A DNA stretch of 64,000 bases, taken from assembly GCA_964016885.1 (NCBI GenBank), contig OZ024746.1, positions 21,452,001-21,516,000 on the forward strand, in the 5' to 3' direction. The notes beneath the pieces were generated by a model, which saw only the letters and a list, made by a program, of their open reading frames with translations, made no database searches and was not told the origin of the DNA. Positions 13,407 through 26,695 of this stretch are shown here, piece by piece. The position numbers and the translations under genes are program-made. The number at the start of each line of letters is the position of its first letter. The first letter of the stretch is position 1. The stretch is from Eledone cirrhosa (Eukaryota).

Positions 13407-13822
13407 TCATCATCATCATCATCATTGTTTACCGTTCATCTTTTCACGCTAGCATGGGTTTAACGAGTTGTCCCATTGTTAGATCAAATAACCGTGTCTT
13501 GCTCATATAGAACTGTTTCTGGCTTGGTTTCTATGACTGGATATTCTTCTTAACTTTAAACACAGTTACAGTGTAGACTGGGTGCTTTTTGTAGTGGCAC
13601 CTACATGACTTAGGATCATAATGTCGTGAGTTCGATTCCTGGGCTATGTTGTGTGTTGCGTTCTTGAGCAAAACACTTTATTTCATGTTGTTCCAGTATA
13701 ATCAAATGAACATGACAACCAACAGCAATAGCTGGGTGTTTAACCCTGCGATGGACTAGCGTCCCGTTCTGGGCGGGGGTGGGGAATCTCGTACTCTTGG
13801 TCGCTTAACGCCACGGAAACAG
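13407..13822. mobile_element. RTE 3' end (-) abutting an older CORE-like SINE (+)
   Basis: (CAT)n plus gctagcatgggtt tail, followed by gagttcgattcc...gttcttgagcaaaacactttatttca. Confidence 0.65.
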
Positions 13823-14190
13823 TCTAATCTAAAATAGTTTTATTCACTCTTCCTAAAACAACTTTATCAAAATATATCTGGTCTGTGAAATATAACAGAA
13901 TTTGTAAGTTAGAAACTATATAACCGTTTGGAGTATATTACACAATGACAAACCTTATAAACAATATTAGGCAGACTGTGCCCATGTTTCATAAAGACAC
14001 TATCTTGAACACCCTGTTCTATTAATCTCGATATATGAAAATGATAAACGGGTGGAGGCCCTAAAACTTTAACGTTCTATCTACACACAAACATTTTATA
14101 TTATTAACATTCTTACATAAAGGTTTATATATTTTATTCCTTATATAAATAGAAAATATTTATTCATTGCATTGATCGCTGGGAAATTGG

Positions 14191-14480
14191 TAGTGGAACC
14201 TCGGCTCACGAACGCCTCTCATCACGAACACTTTTTCCGAACTTAAAACGTTTCAACTCACGGACGATGTCTCGAGTAACGAACACTCAAGCCGGCAACA
14301 AGCTTGGAGTATGGACGGGAAAGCGTCACTTGCTCTGTAGTTAGTTTCTCTGGTGATATCTATCTGTCTTTCATACACAGTCTTTCTCTCACTGTATTTC
14401 TCTCTCAATATTTGGTAAGGGAAAAATAGTTTCAGTTGACGAACAAGTTTCAGGACCGAATTGAACCGAGTTGCACTGTA
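14191..14480. mobile_element. Tigger/pogo-like MITE
   Basis: Termini agtggaacctcggct / aaccgagttgcactgta with repeated acgaac subterminal motifs. Confidence 0.65.
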
Positions 14481-14761
14481 TAAGCATAAATTATTGCCAG
14501 GAATTTATCACAAGTCAATAAGTACACCAATTCTTTGACGACTTGACACATTTAAAAGTAAAGAGATAAATAGATAGATAAGTTCCTTAAATGCTACTGT
14601 AAATTAATGCTCATGTATTTTACAGTTTTTTAAATTTTACCTACATCAATCAATCTTTGACTAAAACTGATTAATAAGATAATTTTATCTCACATTTAGT
14701 TTTTTTTTATCATGCCTTATATAAAGGATTAATGTTGGTTTTATTATTATTATAATTTTAG

Positions 14762-14980
14762 CTCAAAACTGTGAAGATGATTTGGATTGCCGCAGCGGAC
14801 GTGTTTGCAAAAGTTCTACTTGTGTGTGTGCCGAGGAAGATTATTGTTGGGGTCTCAGTAAACCAGTTTGTGGTTCTGATGGTACTCTGTACCCAAGCCA
14901 CTGTGAACTGCATCGTGTTGCTTGTGTTATCGAGAAACATATCAAAGTTGATCCAAAAGGAACTTGTCTTCATGGTATTA
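14762..14980 (+). CDS. FSTL5: FSTL4/5-like gene, exon encoding FOLN + Kazal (follistatin) domain; phase 1-1
   Basis: Acceptor ttttag at 14756-14761 and donor gtaagt at 14981. Translation QNCEDDLDCRSGRVCKSSTCVCAEEDYCWGLSKPVCGSDGTLYPSHCELHRVACVIEKHIKVDPKGTCLHGI contains the Kazal motif PVCGSDG-x-Y-x-x-x-CELHR-x-AC typical of FSTL1/4/5. The symbol reflects the family; an invertebrate gene is probably co-orthologous to FSTL4 and FSTL5. Confidence 0.9.
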
Positions 14981-17900
14981 GTAAGTATTTATATATATAT
15001 ATATATGTGCGTGTGTAAATATGTATGTGTATTTCCTTTTCAATTAATCTCCACGTTTTCCATTGTCTAATTAATCAAATATTATTTTGATTATCATTGT
15101 CAAACAATTACCCTTGCTCAGAATTATAATGTACTTTGTTCAGCTACTTCATGTAGGGACAAACATATTCCGGTGTGGATTTATTATGTTAGTTAGTGTA
15201 CATGAATGATGAAGCACAGATCAGCTGAGAGTATAGAAAACTGGATATAAAAGGAATCTGATGTATGTGCAAGAGAGAAGATTACACTTGTTTAGGTTTG
15301 TCTCTTTGCTGGCTTGTAAAAGGCTTGGTTTTAAAAAGATGAGAAAAAGTGATCTAAAAGGGTGGTGAAGTTGCAATACATTTTCAACTGTGTAGGTACA
15401 CTAACTTTTACATAATTCATAAATACATGCTGGTCACTTAAAGTGGATGGAATGTATGGGAGAGGAAGATCAAGTAAAACATGGGATGAAGTGGTGAAGA
15501 CCGAATCCTTCTCTTTCAGACAATAATGCTTAAATCTTTTTTGCCAACTTTGTCTTCCGTTCAAATCAGCAGGTGTTCATGCCATGCACATGCGTGCGCA
15601 CACACACATCAAAATAAAGTTAAATTACTGTCATGGAAGTACAACTAATAACGTTGATACATTCCACACTTTTATTGCAAAATTTGATATGTTTTAAACA
15701 TTTACATAATTGTTTTCAATCCACAAGCTTTTGATAAAATATGTACTGGATGGAAACATGTTAATCGACATCAAGCACATTGATTTTGTGAAAATGACAA
15801 GAGCAATATCAGCAATACTAAAAGAATAGAAACATTATGGCTGAAAAGCTGTATTGAGGAGAGTGTTCAAGAAAGTTAATGTACTGTTTAGTTTCTGGTA
15901 CTGTGTGAATTTCAGCATAGAAAATGTGTGTAGATAAGAATATGAATGCAATAAATTCAATGATTTCTCAAATTTATCCAGCTATACATGCATTGACAGT
16001 TGTTTCAGCATCAGTTGATCTTCCGTTGCAATATCTTGCACCACTTCCCTCAATCATGAAAAATGGCTGATATGACATTATTGAAACATATCATGTCAAA
16101 TAAGAGTTACATTTGGTCGAAAGTTTGGTTCAATATATTTTGCAACAAATTAACAAAATAATCACGTGGAAATATTGTATACGATTTTTCATATCATATC
16201 AAGCGAGCTATGTACAGATAATGTATTTATCTTTCTAATGTTTCGAACGAAGTTTTCAAACATCCAGGCATTGCCACATTTATTTATGCATTATGTAAAA
16301 GTTAGTGTACCTGCACAGTTGGTAATGAATTGCGACTTCATGTTTGTAATATTCCCTTTTGATTTATTCACTTCACCACCCTTTGAGATTACTTTTTCTT
16401 ACCTTTTTAAAACTAAGGCCTTTCACAAACCAGCAAAGAGACATCTGTATTGTTGCACACCCTGCTAGAAAGGTTAGCTAAATCGCCCTCAAATCCCACA
16501 ATACAGTTTTAGAAGATGAAACACATTTGATAATATACTACTCAGTGTGTTTCATTTAGTAGTATATTATCAAATATACTACTGAAAAATATGTGATGGT
16601 CACAACTATAACACATTTGACCATATGTCTGTTTGATAAGTGCAGAGTCTGCAGACCTAAGGCTACACAAATGCAACTTTTATCTGATATTCCGTTGAGA
16701 GTGACGTGGTTAACCAGTGCTTTATTTCTAGCATTTATACAAATATTTAAAACATCTAAGAAAGATTAATTGTAAAATATTTTGTTAAATTTTTTACTTC
16801 ATTAAATACTTCCTTGACGTCATTTTCTTTAGAAAGTAACATCACACTACTTCAGGGGTTTAATTCCAAATTCCACTACTATTAATTAAAGTGAATAACA
16901 ACTATGTTCAAAATGGCAGTTGAAGCCATTGATAGATTTCTTACTAAAGTACTTCACACTTTGTTTTTAATAGTAAACTATTGCATGTTAATGTTAGTGA
17001 AAATACTAAACCCAACAATTCATAAATACAAAAGTGCATTTATGATGAACTACATTGATATGTAAGTACACAGACATTCTGCTGTTAAGACAACTTTCTA
17101 ACATATTTTACTGAACCTACTGTCGAAAACGGATTCCCTGCATTTGCTATCCCAACCTTAATTATGGAAGCATATTGAAGACATAAAGGGTAATGTGAAT
17201 AAATTCATTATTGAATACTTCCGTTCTTTAAATACTTTCATTATTGAATACTATAGTTCTTTCAACATAAGCTTATATACTGACATCGATGAATATCTTT
17301 AAAATAATATGACCCAACTACACTTTTAGTAATATATGGCATTTTCTACAAAGCACGTTAGGTTTGAGTTCATGTAATGTACGTGAATGATTAAAATACT
17401 GATAATGCATTTGACAAGGGTTTAACCCATATTGTTGACTTGCAGCCAGCTTCATTGATTTGCATGTGTGTTACCCTTATTGATTATTTTTTAATTTAGT
17501 TCAGTGTGATAAACATCTGATCTTTCTACTCAGTCAATATATACTTCGTTTGACAGCACCCCACCCCTTGCTCATTGTCTCTTTATTGTGATAGCAAACA
17601 AAAGCACTAAGTTCATTATCATATCTTGATATTTCTTCCCTTTATGTGCCAATTGCAGAAGTTTCCTATTAGCCAGGAGATTCTCTATATGGCTAATCAT
17701 TCTTCTGGGAAATTGTTCCATATTTAGAGTCTTGTAATCTTTTTGTTTTTCATTTCTCTAAAATAAAGCTATAATTGAAGTGAATATTCTGTATGAATAT
17801 TCCTGCATACAATAGAAACGATATAAGCACTCACTTTCTGAACGGTTTTACATAACGTCTGCCACCCTGGTTATCTACCATCTCAGGTGTCTTGATATTA

Positions 17901-20900
17901 GCCTTTACAACCAAATACTCTTCCTATTTCCTCCATATTAAATGTTACTGGCCTTGAATGCATCACAAAATTCTCCAGATGCTTATTTGATTAAGTTTCA
18001 ATGATTTGTTATGAAACCTACTCTTGGAGAAGTCATACATTATATGCTTTATGATTATCTCATAGAAATAATTAAGTCTGCTTCACATTTCTTTGACACA
18101 TCATGGGTAAGCTGGCAACGTTTGGCTCTCACTATAGACCCCCCCCCCCCATATACACACAAACACAGATATTAAGTCCTTAACTAACTCTTCTCACAAG
18201 TTTACTTTTCAGTTCAGTCATTAGCATAAATATTGAAATCATGCTGAATTACTTGACTTTTAGGGCTTCAATAATATCTGAGAACTACCCAAAAGTGTAA
18301 CTGGGGCAAACATAGAGCTCTGGTAATTAACAGACATTTTCTTCATCTCTAAAGCACTTCTTCAATGACTTAGGGCATTCCTCCTTACCTAGATTCTGAA
18401 AATACTATTTTACAACTTCCCAGCACTTATGCATTCTGTCAATAGCAGTAAACCCCCATCTAATGACAACATAGATTGCAGTTATCAACAAGCATTGATA
18501 AATGTATTGTGTTTTTAGGTGAGATGCTGAAATGGTTGTACACAATTAGCATAGTACTTTTATCATTGAATTCCAGTTTTCCTGTAATAAATTTTGTTAT
18601 TTTGTGTAAAAGATGGACCAGACATTTTGCAGCAATAATGTTCCTTTTCAATTTTTAAAAATAAATAATATTGTATTTTTCATAGTTTACACTTGACAGT
18701 ATTTAGGCTTATTGTCTCTAGTTTAGCGACTAATGGAATTGTTTATTACTCTGATAGTTCGTTGTTATTCATTGCCAAACTCAAATAACATGTTGCACTT
18801 CTTTTTCAAAATGAAAGTATCTCAAAGTTGTGAGAAACACTTTGTTACTCCTTTGTTTGAAGCATAAATTATTACTGAAAATGGTCATCTATGTATGCTT
18901 TTGTATGCTTTTAGTATGCTTTTGTGTTTAGTATGCTTATAGTTTCCCCACATTTTACACTATTTTTATTCAATGGTTCATCGTATATTTCCTTGTCAAC
19001 CTTTACTTTGCAATCCATACTTCTGTAAGACTAATGATGTTTCGTGACACGATAGATTTTATGCAGTTCTGCAGTAAAGAGTTTGTATCTTGGGTTGATC
19101 AAGATGGGGAGCAAACGATGACAAGATAATTTAAAAGAAATACCAGTGTTAACTATTTATTTTTCAAAGCGTGACTATAGCTTTTTCCCTTACTGTCACT
19201 TTCCACATCACAATGACATAGTACACAAAAAAATGTGAACACAATATTTTCATAAATATATCTTACCTGGTATCTGGGAGATACAAAGTTCGATTCCTCA
19301 TAGCAGCTGATGGAAACTTCTTTTTCTGTCTTTAAGGGCCTTCGTCATATTTTAAAAACTATTTTATAGCATCTCTATTCTTTAAACCCAAATTATTTGG
19401 CTCATTTGTGGTTAAATGTAATCCTTCTTTTTTTGGCATTTCTTTGGAGGTTTGTAACGGGAACAAACAAAATCAAGTACACTTCATTGTAACTTTAGGA
19501 TATCTTCTCTCTCATATGAGTTAAGAACATCACTTGTTACCCTTAATTAACACATTATATAACATGGCTTTATGTTTTAACTAAACTTTTATAAACTTAT
19601 ATTAATTTTATCATATATATATAAGCAGCAACATTTTAAAAAATCAGATAGGATTCTCACTGTCTTAAGAATAGCTGAAGTAATTTATATGAGCTGCTTT
19701 TAGTCTGACCCCTAAAATGACAAATTAATTTATAGCTTGAATTGTTATTGAACATAGGATAAAGCACTTAAAACCAGATGGCTGAGCACCTGCGCCTATT
19801 ACATATAGAAATTCATCCATTAATAATAAACCATGAATTACATATACGAAGTGTATTATTATATCATATATATCATTGTTTTAGTACATTAAGATATCTA
19901 CTTGTGAGATTATATTCCCAAATAATTCTTATATCTCTTGTATTATATGGGTAAAGTATTTACAATTTACAGAATTTACCAAACTATAAAATAAGACAAC
20001 ATTTGAAATAGATAATCATGTTCTATTTAATGTTCTATCTCGATAAATACTTGCTTTTAATGTGGGTTATATAAATGCGTTGAATGAAGTTAGAATTGAG
20101 AATAAGAGATCGTTTATTCCACATTAAGAAAATAATAAAAAGTATTAAATCTATCAGGTTAATGAATAATACGAAATATCTACATTTTTTTTGTAACTTC
20201 AAATGTCAGTTATTTTTTATAGAAAGATATATTAGTTTGCATAGAGTCTCAGCTGCCAAGATGATAAGAAGGTCTAATAGCAGTCGAGGATTTGTATCAT
20301 ATGATTGTTGCTGCACTGTGTTAGAAGCCAAGTCATTCAACTGTATAGTCTTCCGTGCTAGTACAACTCAACAATTTAAACCTCAGAGTTACTGCAAAAT
20401 CAACAGATGTCTGAAGAAAAATATTACAGGGCTGATTTCAATGTTTCACATTGGTTCTGGGGCCAGTAATGGATTATATTTACCCGGCTGACTCACTTTA
20501 CTACAGACTTTTATAATTCAATTGATATTTAAACTTTTCTGTAAATGATTTAGGTATCAAGGTGTGAATTTGTATTTCAATAATTACCCCATACAGTTTG
20601 TCTATGGGCATGAGAATGAGAATTTAGCAATTACAATTTGACTGCTCAAATTTTAATCTGGTTTGTTACAAGCTGACTGGCTGAGGCCATGCTGAGTTGC
20701 TGCCAACATTTCGAAATACAGAATTGTTAATTGCTGAATATAGTTTAGATTTTTCTCAGTTAACTTCAGTTTCTAAGGAATAGTAGGAATCTTAGCCTTT
20801 ACAATTTTATACTGACATAAATAAGAGTAGTAAAAATGTGCAAAATATTTTCCTCTTAATAATTTGGGTTTTGAAGCAGTGACACAAATCAACTTGTATT

Positions 20901-23660
20901 AGTTAATCACAAGAAGAGAGATAAGACCCATAGCCCTGTTATGATTTCCTAGAACAGGAAAAAGGATTAGTTCCTAAATTTTTATAGTTTAAACTCAGTT
21001 TGATTTCTTCTTTAATACAGAGAAAGCATAGGAAGTGAGAGTGTAAAATGATGGAAAATAAGTTTAGTACAGACGGATTCAATGAAATATTTAATATATA
21101 ACCACACTTGGGAATATAGCAAATTTCAGAGACAGATACTGTTTACAGTGGTATAACAGAGGGTATGTTATTTAGAATAAACAGCAAAATAAAATGGAGA
21201 AAGGTGTAGTGGAAATATTGTCATGGGAAAACTATAGAGAACAATGGAGATTAGTGAAGTCAACAAAAGATAATCGAACAAACATATACTATGACAATGA
21301 ACTGAAGATTTGTTGTCAAAGGATTTCCTGATCATGTAAATTGCTTTCTCTAAATGAAATTGAAAGTCTGTCAATGATATTAGATTCTTACTAATGGTGG
21401 TTTCCAGGAAAGGTGAAAATCTATGCAGCTGTGGTTGTTTAACCCTAAAATGTAACTTGATTAAGCAAACTTATATGTCTTGGTTATCTCAAAGTAATAG
21501 GGTATTCAGGGAAAATACCATTTTCTCAATCTGAAAAGTCAAGTTATATAGTATCATGGTGGGAATATCTGACATAACTTCTTTGGAGGCAATGTTTGGT
21601 CAAAGTATTTTCTTTAATCTGTCATGCCCTTTGCACTCTCTAATACATTATTATTTACCTTTAGTTTAGTTCACAAAATGAAATAATTATGATCATAGGT
21701 TATAACTAAATTTCCTCTTTAATAATACTCATTCATCCGTGAACTAAGTTGAATATATTTTTTAATCTTTGTAGATTGAAGAACTTTATCTTCTTTGTGT
21801 ATAAAAATGCCTCAGGATCTTTTAATTAGTAGTTCTGATGTTTATTCATCATATTTCTTTAGTGTCATCTCACCTAACTCGAAATTCACAGTGTTTTCAT
21901 CCAGATGTTGTTGTGGTTCCATGAATAAGGAAGTCTTTCTAGGGTTTTAGCTTTTTTCCATGAACTGCCAGATATTGGAACTCTCTTCCATTTCTTTGTT
22001 TTCCTCTCCTCCTTATGATCTGAATGAACTCTTTCCCCTTCTTCATAGTCCCTAACACTAAGTGACTTCAAGCTTTGTTTGGGACTTACTGGAAACAAAT
22101 TACAGCTAAACATTTGGTTGAATATTTGGGTAATTCCGACTGGTTTTAAAATGCTTGGCTATTTAGACTTGAACCTGCAAATTACCAATGTAATGCCTAC
22201 TGTAATATAATAATACACCTATTAAGTAATATGTTCTGAATCTAAATCCCTTCGTTTCTATCCTTTCTAACCTCCACTGATTTATATATATATGAATTAT
22301 ATATATTTATGTAAATATAAAATTATCCTAGTTCTGATTACAGTTTAAAGATAGTCTTAACTTTTAGCTTGTCTTTTAGCTTTATAAAGATAAATGAAAT
22401 AAAGTATTAATATTAAACTAGTATTAATTATGAGTTCTATGTTTGATTGATTTTGATCTTAATAGATCCGTATTATTTTTGTATATACTTTGCTTTTGAA
22501 AGACCTTGAACATTATGTTTAACAATTTATTTTTTTTCTTTTGGAAATCTTAATAATTACTTGCCATTTCCCTTCATGTAATTAGAGTTTAGAGTTGATG
22601 CCAGTAATCTTTACTGATTTTCCTTTAAATCTGAATACATCTGTTTATTTCTCAGTGTGCATGAAATAGCAGTATGATTATACATCAAAGAAAATTCTGT
22701 TTGAGGAAGGTTCCTAATTTAAGAAAATTGCATTGCACCAGGAATAAATTTCATTCAATGAAAGAGTCTTCTTCTAAAAGAGAAAAGAACTCTATTATCT
22801 TTAAGTAGAATAGAAAAACATCATGCAATAAATATTTACAAAGAGTCCTATACTTTGCTTTGATTTCTATTTTCATCATTATTAGGTGACATTTCAAAGA
22901 TTAGATTTTCTAATTTAGTGTTTCAAGGAAAATTGCTTAAATGAATCTAAGTGCCATTTTTATTTCCTATTGAACAAAATGTTTAATAAATAAAAATGTT
23001 GTCATTTTGGCAGTCTTCAAATTTAAAATCATCACAAATTTGTTGAATCAAATATGTCAAATCGCTTTGCAATGCTTCTTTTATTTATTTTAAAATCCAC
23101 ATTAAATAAATAAGCATTTCAGAGAATTGCATCTAAGAAAAAACAGACTTTAGGTTTTCAAGCAGATTTTGCTTTGTTTCTCTTTATTGAAATTCCCTTT
23201 GCCAACAATTCTGATGATTGTTAATTCTACCTGCCATAGACTTCCTCAAAGTTGCTTAATATTTCTGACTTGAATTTTAATTTTCAGGCATCTCTTTTCT
23301 TTATAATGTACACAAACCTTTTTTTATCTTTTTATTGCCATATTTCTAATGAACAACATTACTTCTGATTTTCAAGTAACTTTTTTGAATCAAAAATTCG
23401 AATGTATTTAGTGATACAATTAATTTTCTCATTATTAAGCTGGTATTTGGAAGATAAATTTACAAATGTTCTTGCATGGCAGGTTTTTATATAAATATAA
23501 ATACTTGAAAACTGACAGTTTTGTATCATATTATATTGTAAAGTGTGGTGGATTGGCAATATTGGTAGAGCATTGAACAATACACTTTGTGGCTTATGGT
23601 TATGGTTGTTTACGTTCTGAGTTGTAATCTTGCTGAGGTTAGCTTAGCCTTAAAGCACCA

Positions 23661-23888
23661 TTAACCCTTTAGCATTCACATTATTCTATATATACTATTG
23701 TATTTTCATAGTAAAGGCTTTATCTCACATAATTATCTCACATAATATCGAATCTATTAGATTTTTAAAGTATTTATTTTGAGAACAATACCTTAACATC
23801 AGTTTGAGCGACCAGTTACAGCCAGTTTCAACAGAAAGAGGTAGAGAATTCTGGCCGGTTTGGGCCGGTTTGAACATTAAAGGGTTAA
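23661..23888. mobile_element. piggyBac-like MITE inserted in a SINE
   Basis: TTAA-CCCTTT...AAAGGG-TTAA termini; splits a Meta-like SINE. Confidence 0.75.
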
Positions 23889-25171
23889 TACACTGGAGTC
23901 GATTTAATAAGCTTTTCCCTCTCCCCAAAATTGTTGGCCTTGTGCCTTAATCATAAACCAATATCTTGTAAAACCAGAGGTGGCTTCAGTCAGCTTCGTA
24001 TCGAAAGAGTTAAGAGAACAAATTTGAAATATAGTTCTCTTAGGTTTGGTAGTACTGATAAGATTACATTTTAGTGTAGAGGTCTAATAAGATAGAAAAC
24101 TTTCTGGAGTGGTAATTGTACTGACAGAAATCACACTCACTCCTCAATGTATTCTATTTGTAATTAATTTTTATCAATTTAATTTTGTAACTTGTCTCTC
24201 TGTAAGCATAGTTAATCCTTAATCTAATGATTCTGTCTCCTCACTATTAATATAATTGGAATTAGAAAGGTTGGCAAGCATAGCTATTTCAAGTTGAGGT
24301 GGGCTGCAGGGGATTCCTGGCTCATTTGGTATGGAAAATGTTCATGGTCATGCTGTTCACGAGATGGGGAGGCAGCAGAAAGGGCCTCTTGTTGATTTTG
24401 GAGCAGTAGAGAGGAGATAAACTGGAACCCAGTAGTCAAAGATGGGCAGTAATTTGGCCACCTCTGCTGACCCACTAGCATCTGTCCAAATGCCCAATGA
24501 ATCAGCGCCTCCTGGCCAAGGCAATGTTCATCAAGGGTGAATGAAGATGTAATTATGTCACATAATTTGAATTAATTACAATTTCTTGGCTAACTGCATT
24601 ACATATAGTAGTTTAAACTTTACTAAGTATTCAGTAATATTTGCTCGGCTCACTGAAAATGATAGAATGCATAAAAAAATGATAATGATGATAAAAGTCT
24701 GGTGCATCAATATCATAAGTATTGTACTGCATCTTGTCTTTGTGTCTGTCTAATAAACTACTATTAATTTATTATAAAGGAATCAATTTTTTTGTGTGTA
24801 TATCAAAAATCATTTTTTAATGACTAAAGCAAAAATTGTCTAGTTTTATACAGAATTTTAAATTAACAAAATTTAATTTTCTTTCATTGTAAACAAATAT
24901 CATCATCAGATCGAGCTTGCTCGGCTTTCTACGACACGTTTCCTCCATCCATCTCTGTCTCTCATAGCGTATAATAGAGTGTAGGAAGCAATCAAAATTG
25001 TATAGAATTCTTACAAAATAGATTTTGATTTTAACCATGCTTACAAATACCTTCCTGTAAAGGGATGAGCTCTGTCAGGCTTAAAATGCCCAAGAATAGA
25101 CATATACCACTACAGCACCCTGACAACTCCATCAGGAGTCATAGGATCATATGATCATATCATCATCATAA

Positions 25172-25430
25172 ATACATCTGTTCCTCAATATGAAAAAACA
25201 CTTGCCTGGGAACCAGTATTGCTGTGATGATGATATCATAACTGCTGTTGATGATTTTTTTTACCAACAAGATAAAAGATTCTTCAACAATGGGATACAA
25301 GCTTTGCAACACCAAATGAAAGAAATGTGTGGATCACAATGGGGACTATGTTTAAGAATAAACCTCATTTGATCTCATTCCATGAGAGTATCTTGGCCAG
25401 TTTCTGAGCTTTTCAGCCAATCCTCAAACC
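25172..25430 (+). mobile_element. Mariner transposon 3' remnant
   Basis: HLFLNMKKHLPGNQYCCDDDIITAVDDFFYQQDKRFFNNGIQALQHQ resembles the mariner transposase C-terminus. It is followed by a TIR complementary to the ends at 45572 and 50275. Confidence 0.8.
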
Positions 25431-26081
25431 TTGTTTATTGGGAATATATTTGAATCTGTATATCTTCTTTTGATTTACTTTACCTTCCTTTGAATCTTTT
25501 TTATGGACTGGTCATTTATAACATTAATACTTATCTTTTGATTTCATAATATTAAGCAGAAAATATCAATTTTTCTCTCCTTTAATAAAAAGATGCTAAT
25601 TCACCTTTATATTGTTATTTGAAACAATAAGTGCTTGACTAAAGGCCATGTAAGAGAGAGTTGTTGAGTTGTTAGATGAATATCCCTCTTCTGATACCAT
25701 AATCAAACTAGTACTTCAATTTTTCAACAATAGTGCCTTATTTTGATATTTATTATTCTAAAAACAAAGAAACAAAAAATGGAAATTGGTGATGTGATGA
25801 TTTGCACCAAGGATCATTAAACAGTAAAAGTCATCAGTTGGATTCATTTGTATGTCGTGGAGAGATGAGGACTCTGTTTTTGGACTGATTCTTCATCTAA
25901 AAAGAAAGAAATTTTTCCATTGCTCTATCTCAATTACTTTGAAATGACCCAATAAACAATTAGGGCCAGATTTATTGGGGGGACATAGGGGCAAATGTCC
26001 TCACCCCATCATCAATTAGAGCCCCCATCCCCCAAAATGGCCTCTTCTTCTCTTTGTCTTCATGCTTATGTGATGATGATG

Positions 26082-26117
<36 letters not shown>

Positions 26118-26262
26118 TGTGGGGAGCTCACCAAACCTGAATTGCCCTCCTCCTCCCAAGGTCTAAATCTAGTCCTGTATACAATAGTTGTGTATTTGTT
26201 TGTTTCGATCAATCGTTAGCTTGGCACAGCTAATGGGCTGAGTAATCAGGACTAGATGTAAA

Positions 26263-26695
26263 ATAATTGTTTCTACTTTAGGCACAAGGCCAGCAATTAC
26301 CCAGTACATTACTGGTACTTTATTTTATCGACCCCGTAAGGATGAAAGGCAAAGTCAACCTCGACGGGATTTGAACTCAGATCGTAAAGGGACGTAACTA
26401 TGCTAGAAAGCATGGCGTCCAACCCTCTACCGATACTGCCAATCCAGTTCACTTACAGTCTACCACTAGATAATGTTCTCTGATTTAGACACAAGGCCAG
26501 TAATTTTGGGGAAGAGGAAAATCGATTAAATCGATCCCAGTGTATTACTGGTGCTTTATTTAATTGACCCTGTAAAGATGAAAGGCAAATCTAAGCTCAG
26601 TGGGATTTGAACTCAGAACATAAAGGGCCATAACTATATGTTGTGAAGCATATCCAACACTCTACTGATACTGCTAATCTACTGCCCCATTCTCC
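26263..26695 (-). mobile_element. Two tandem Meta-like SINE copies
   Basis: Two occurrences of ctggt(a/g)cttta...gatgaaaggcaaa...ggatttgaactcag. Confidence 0.8.
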
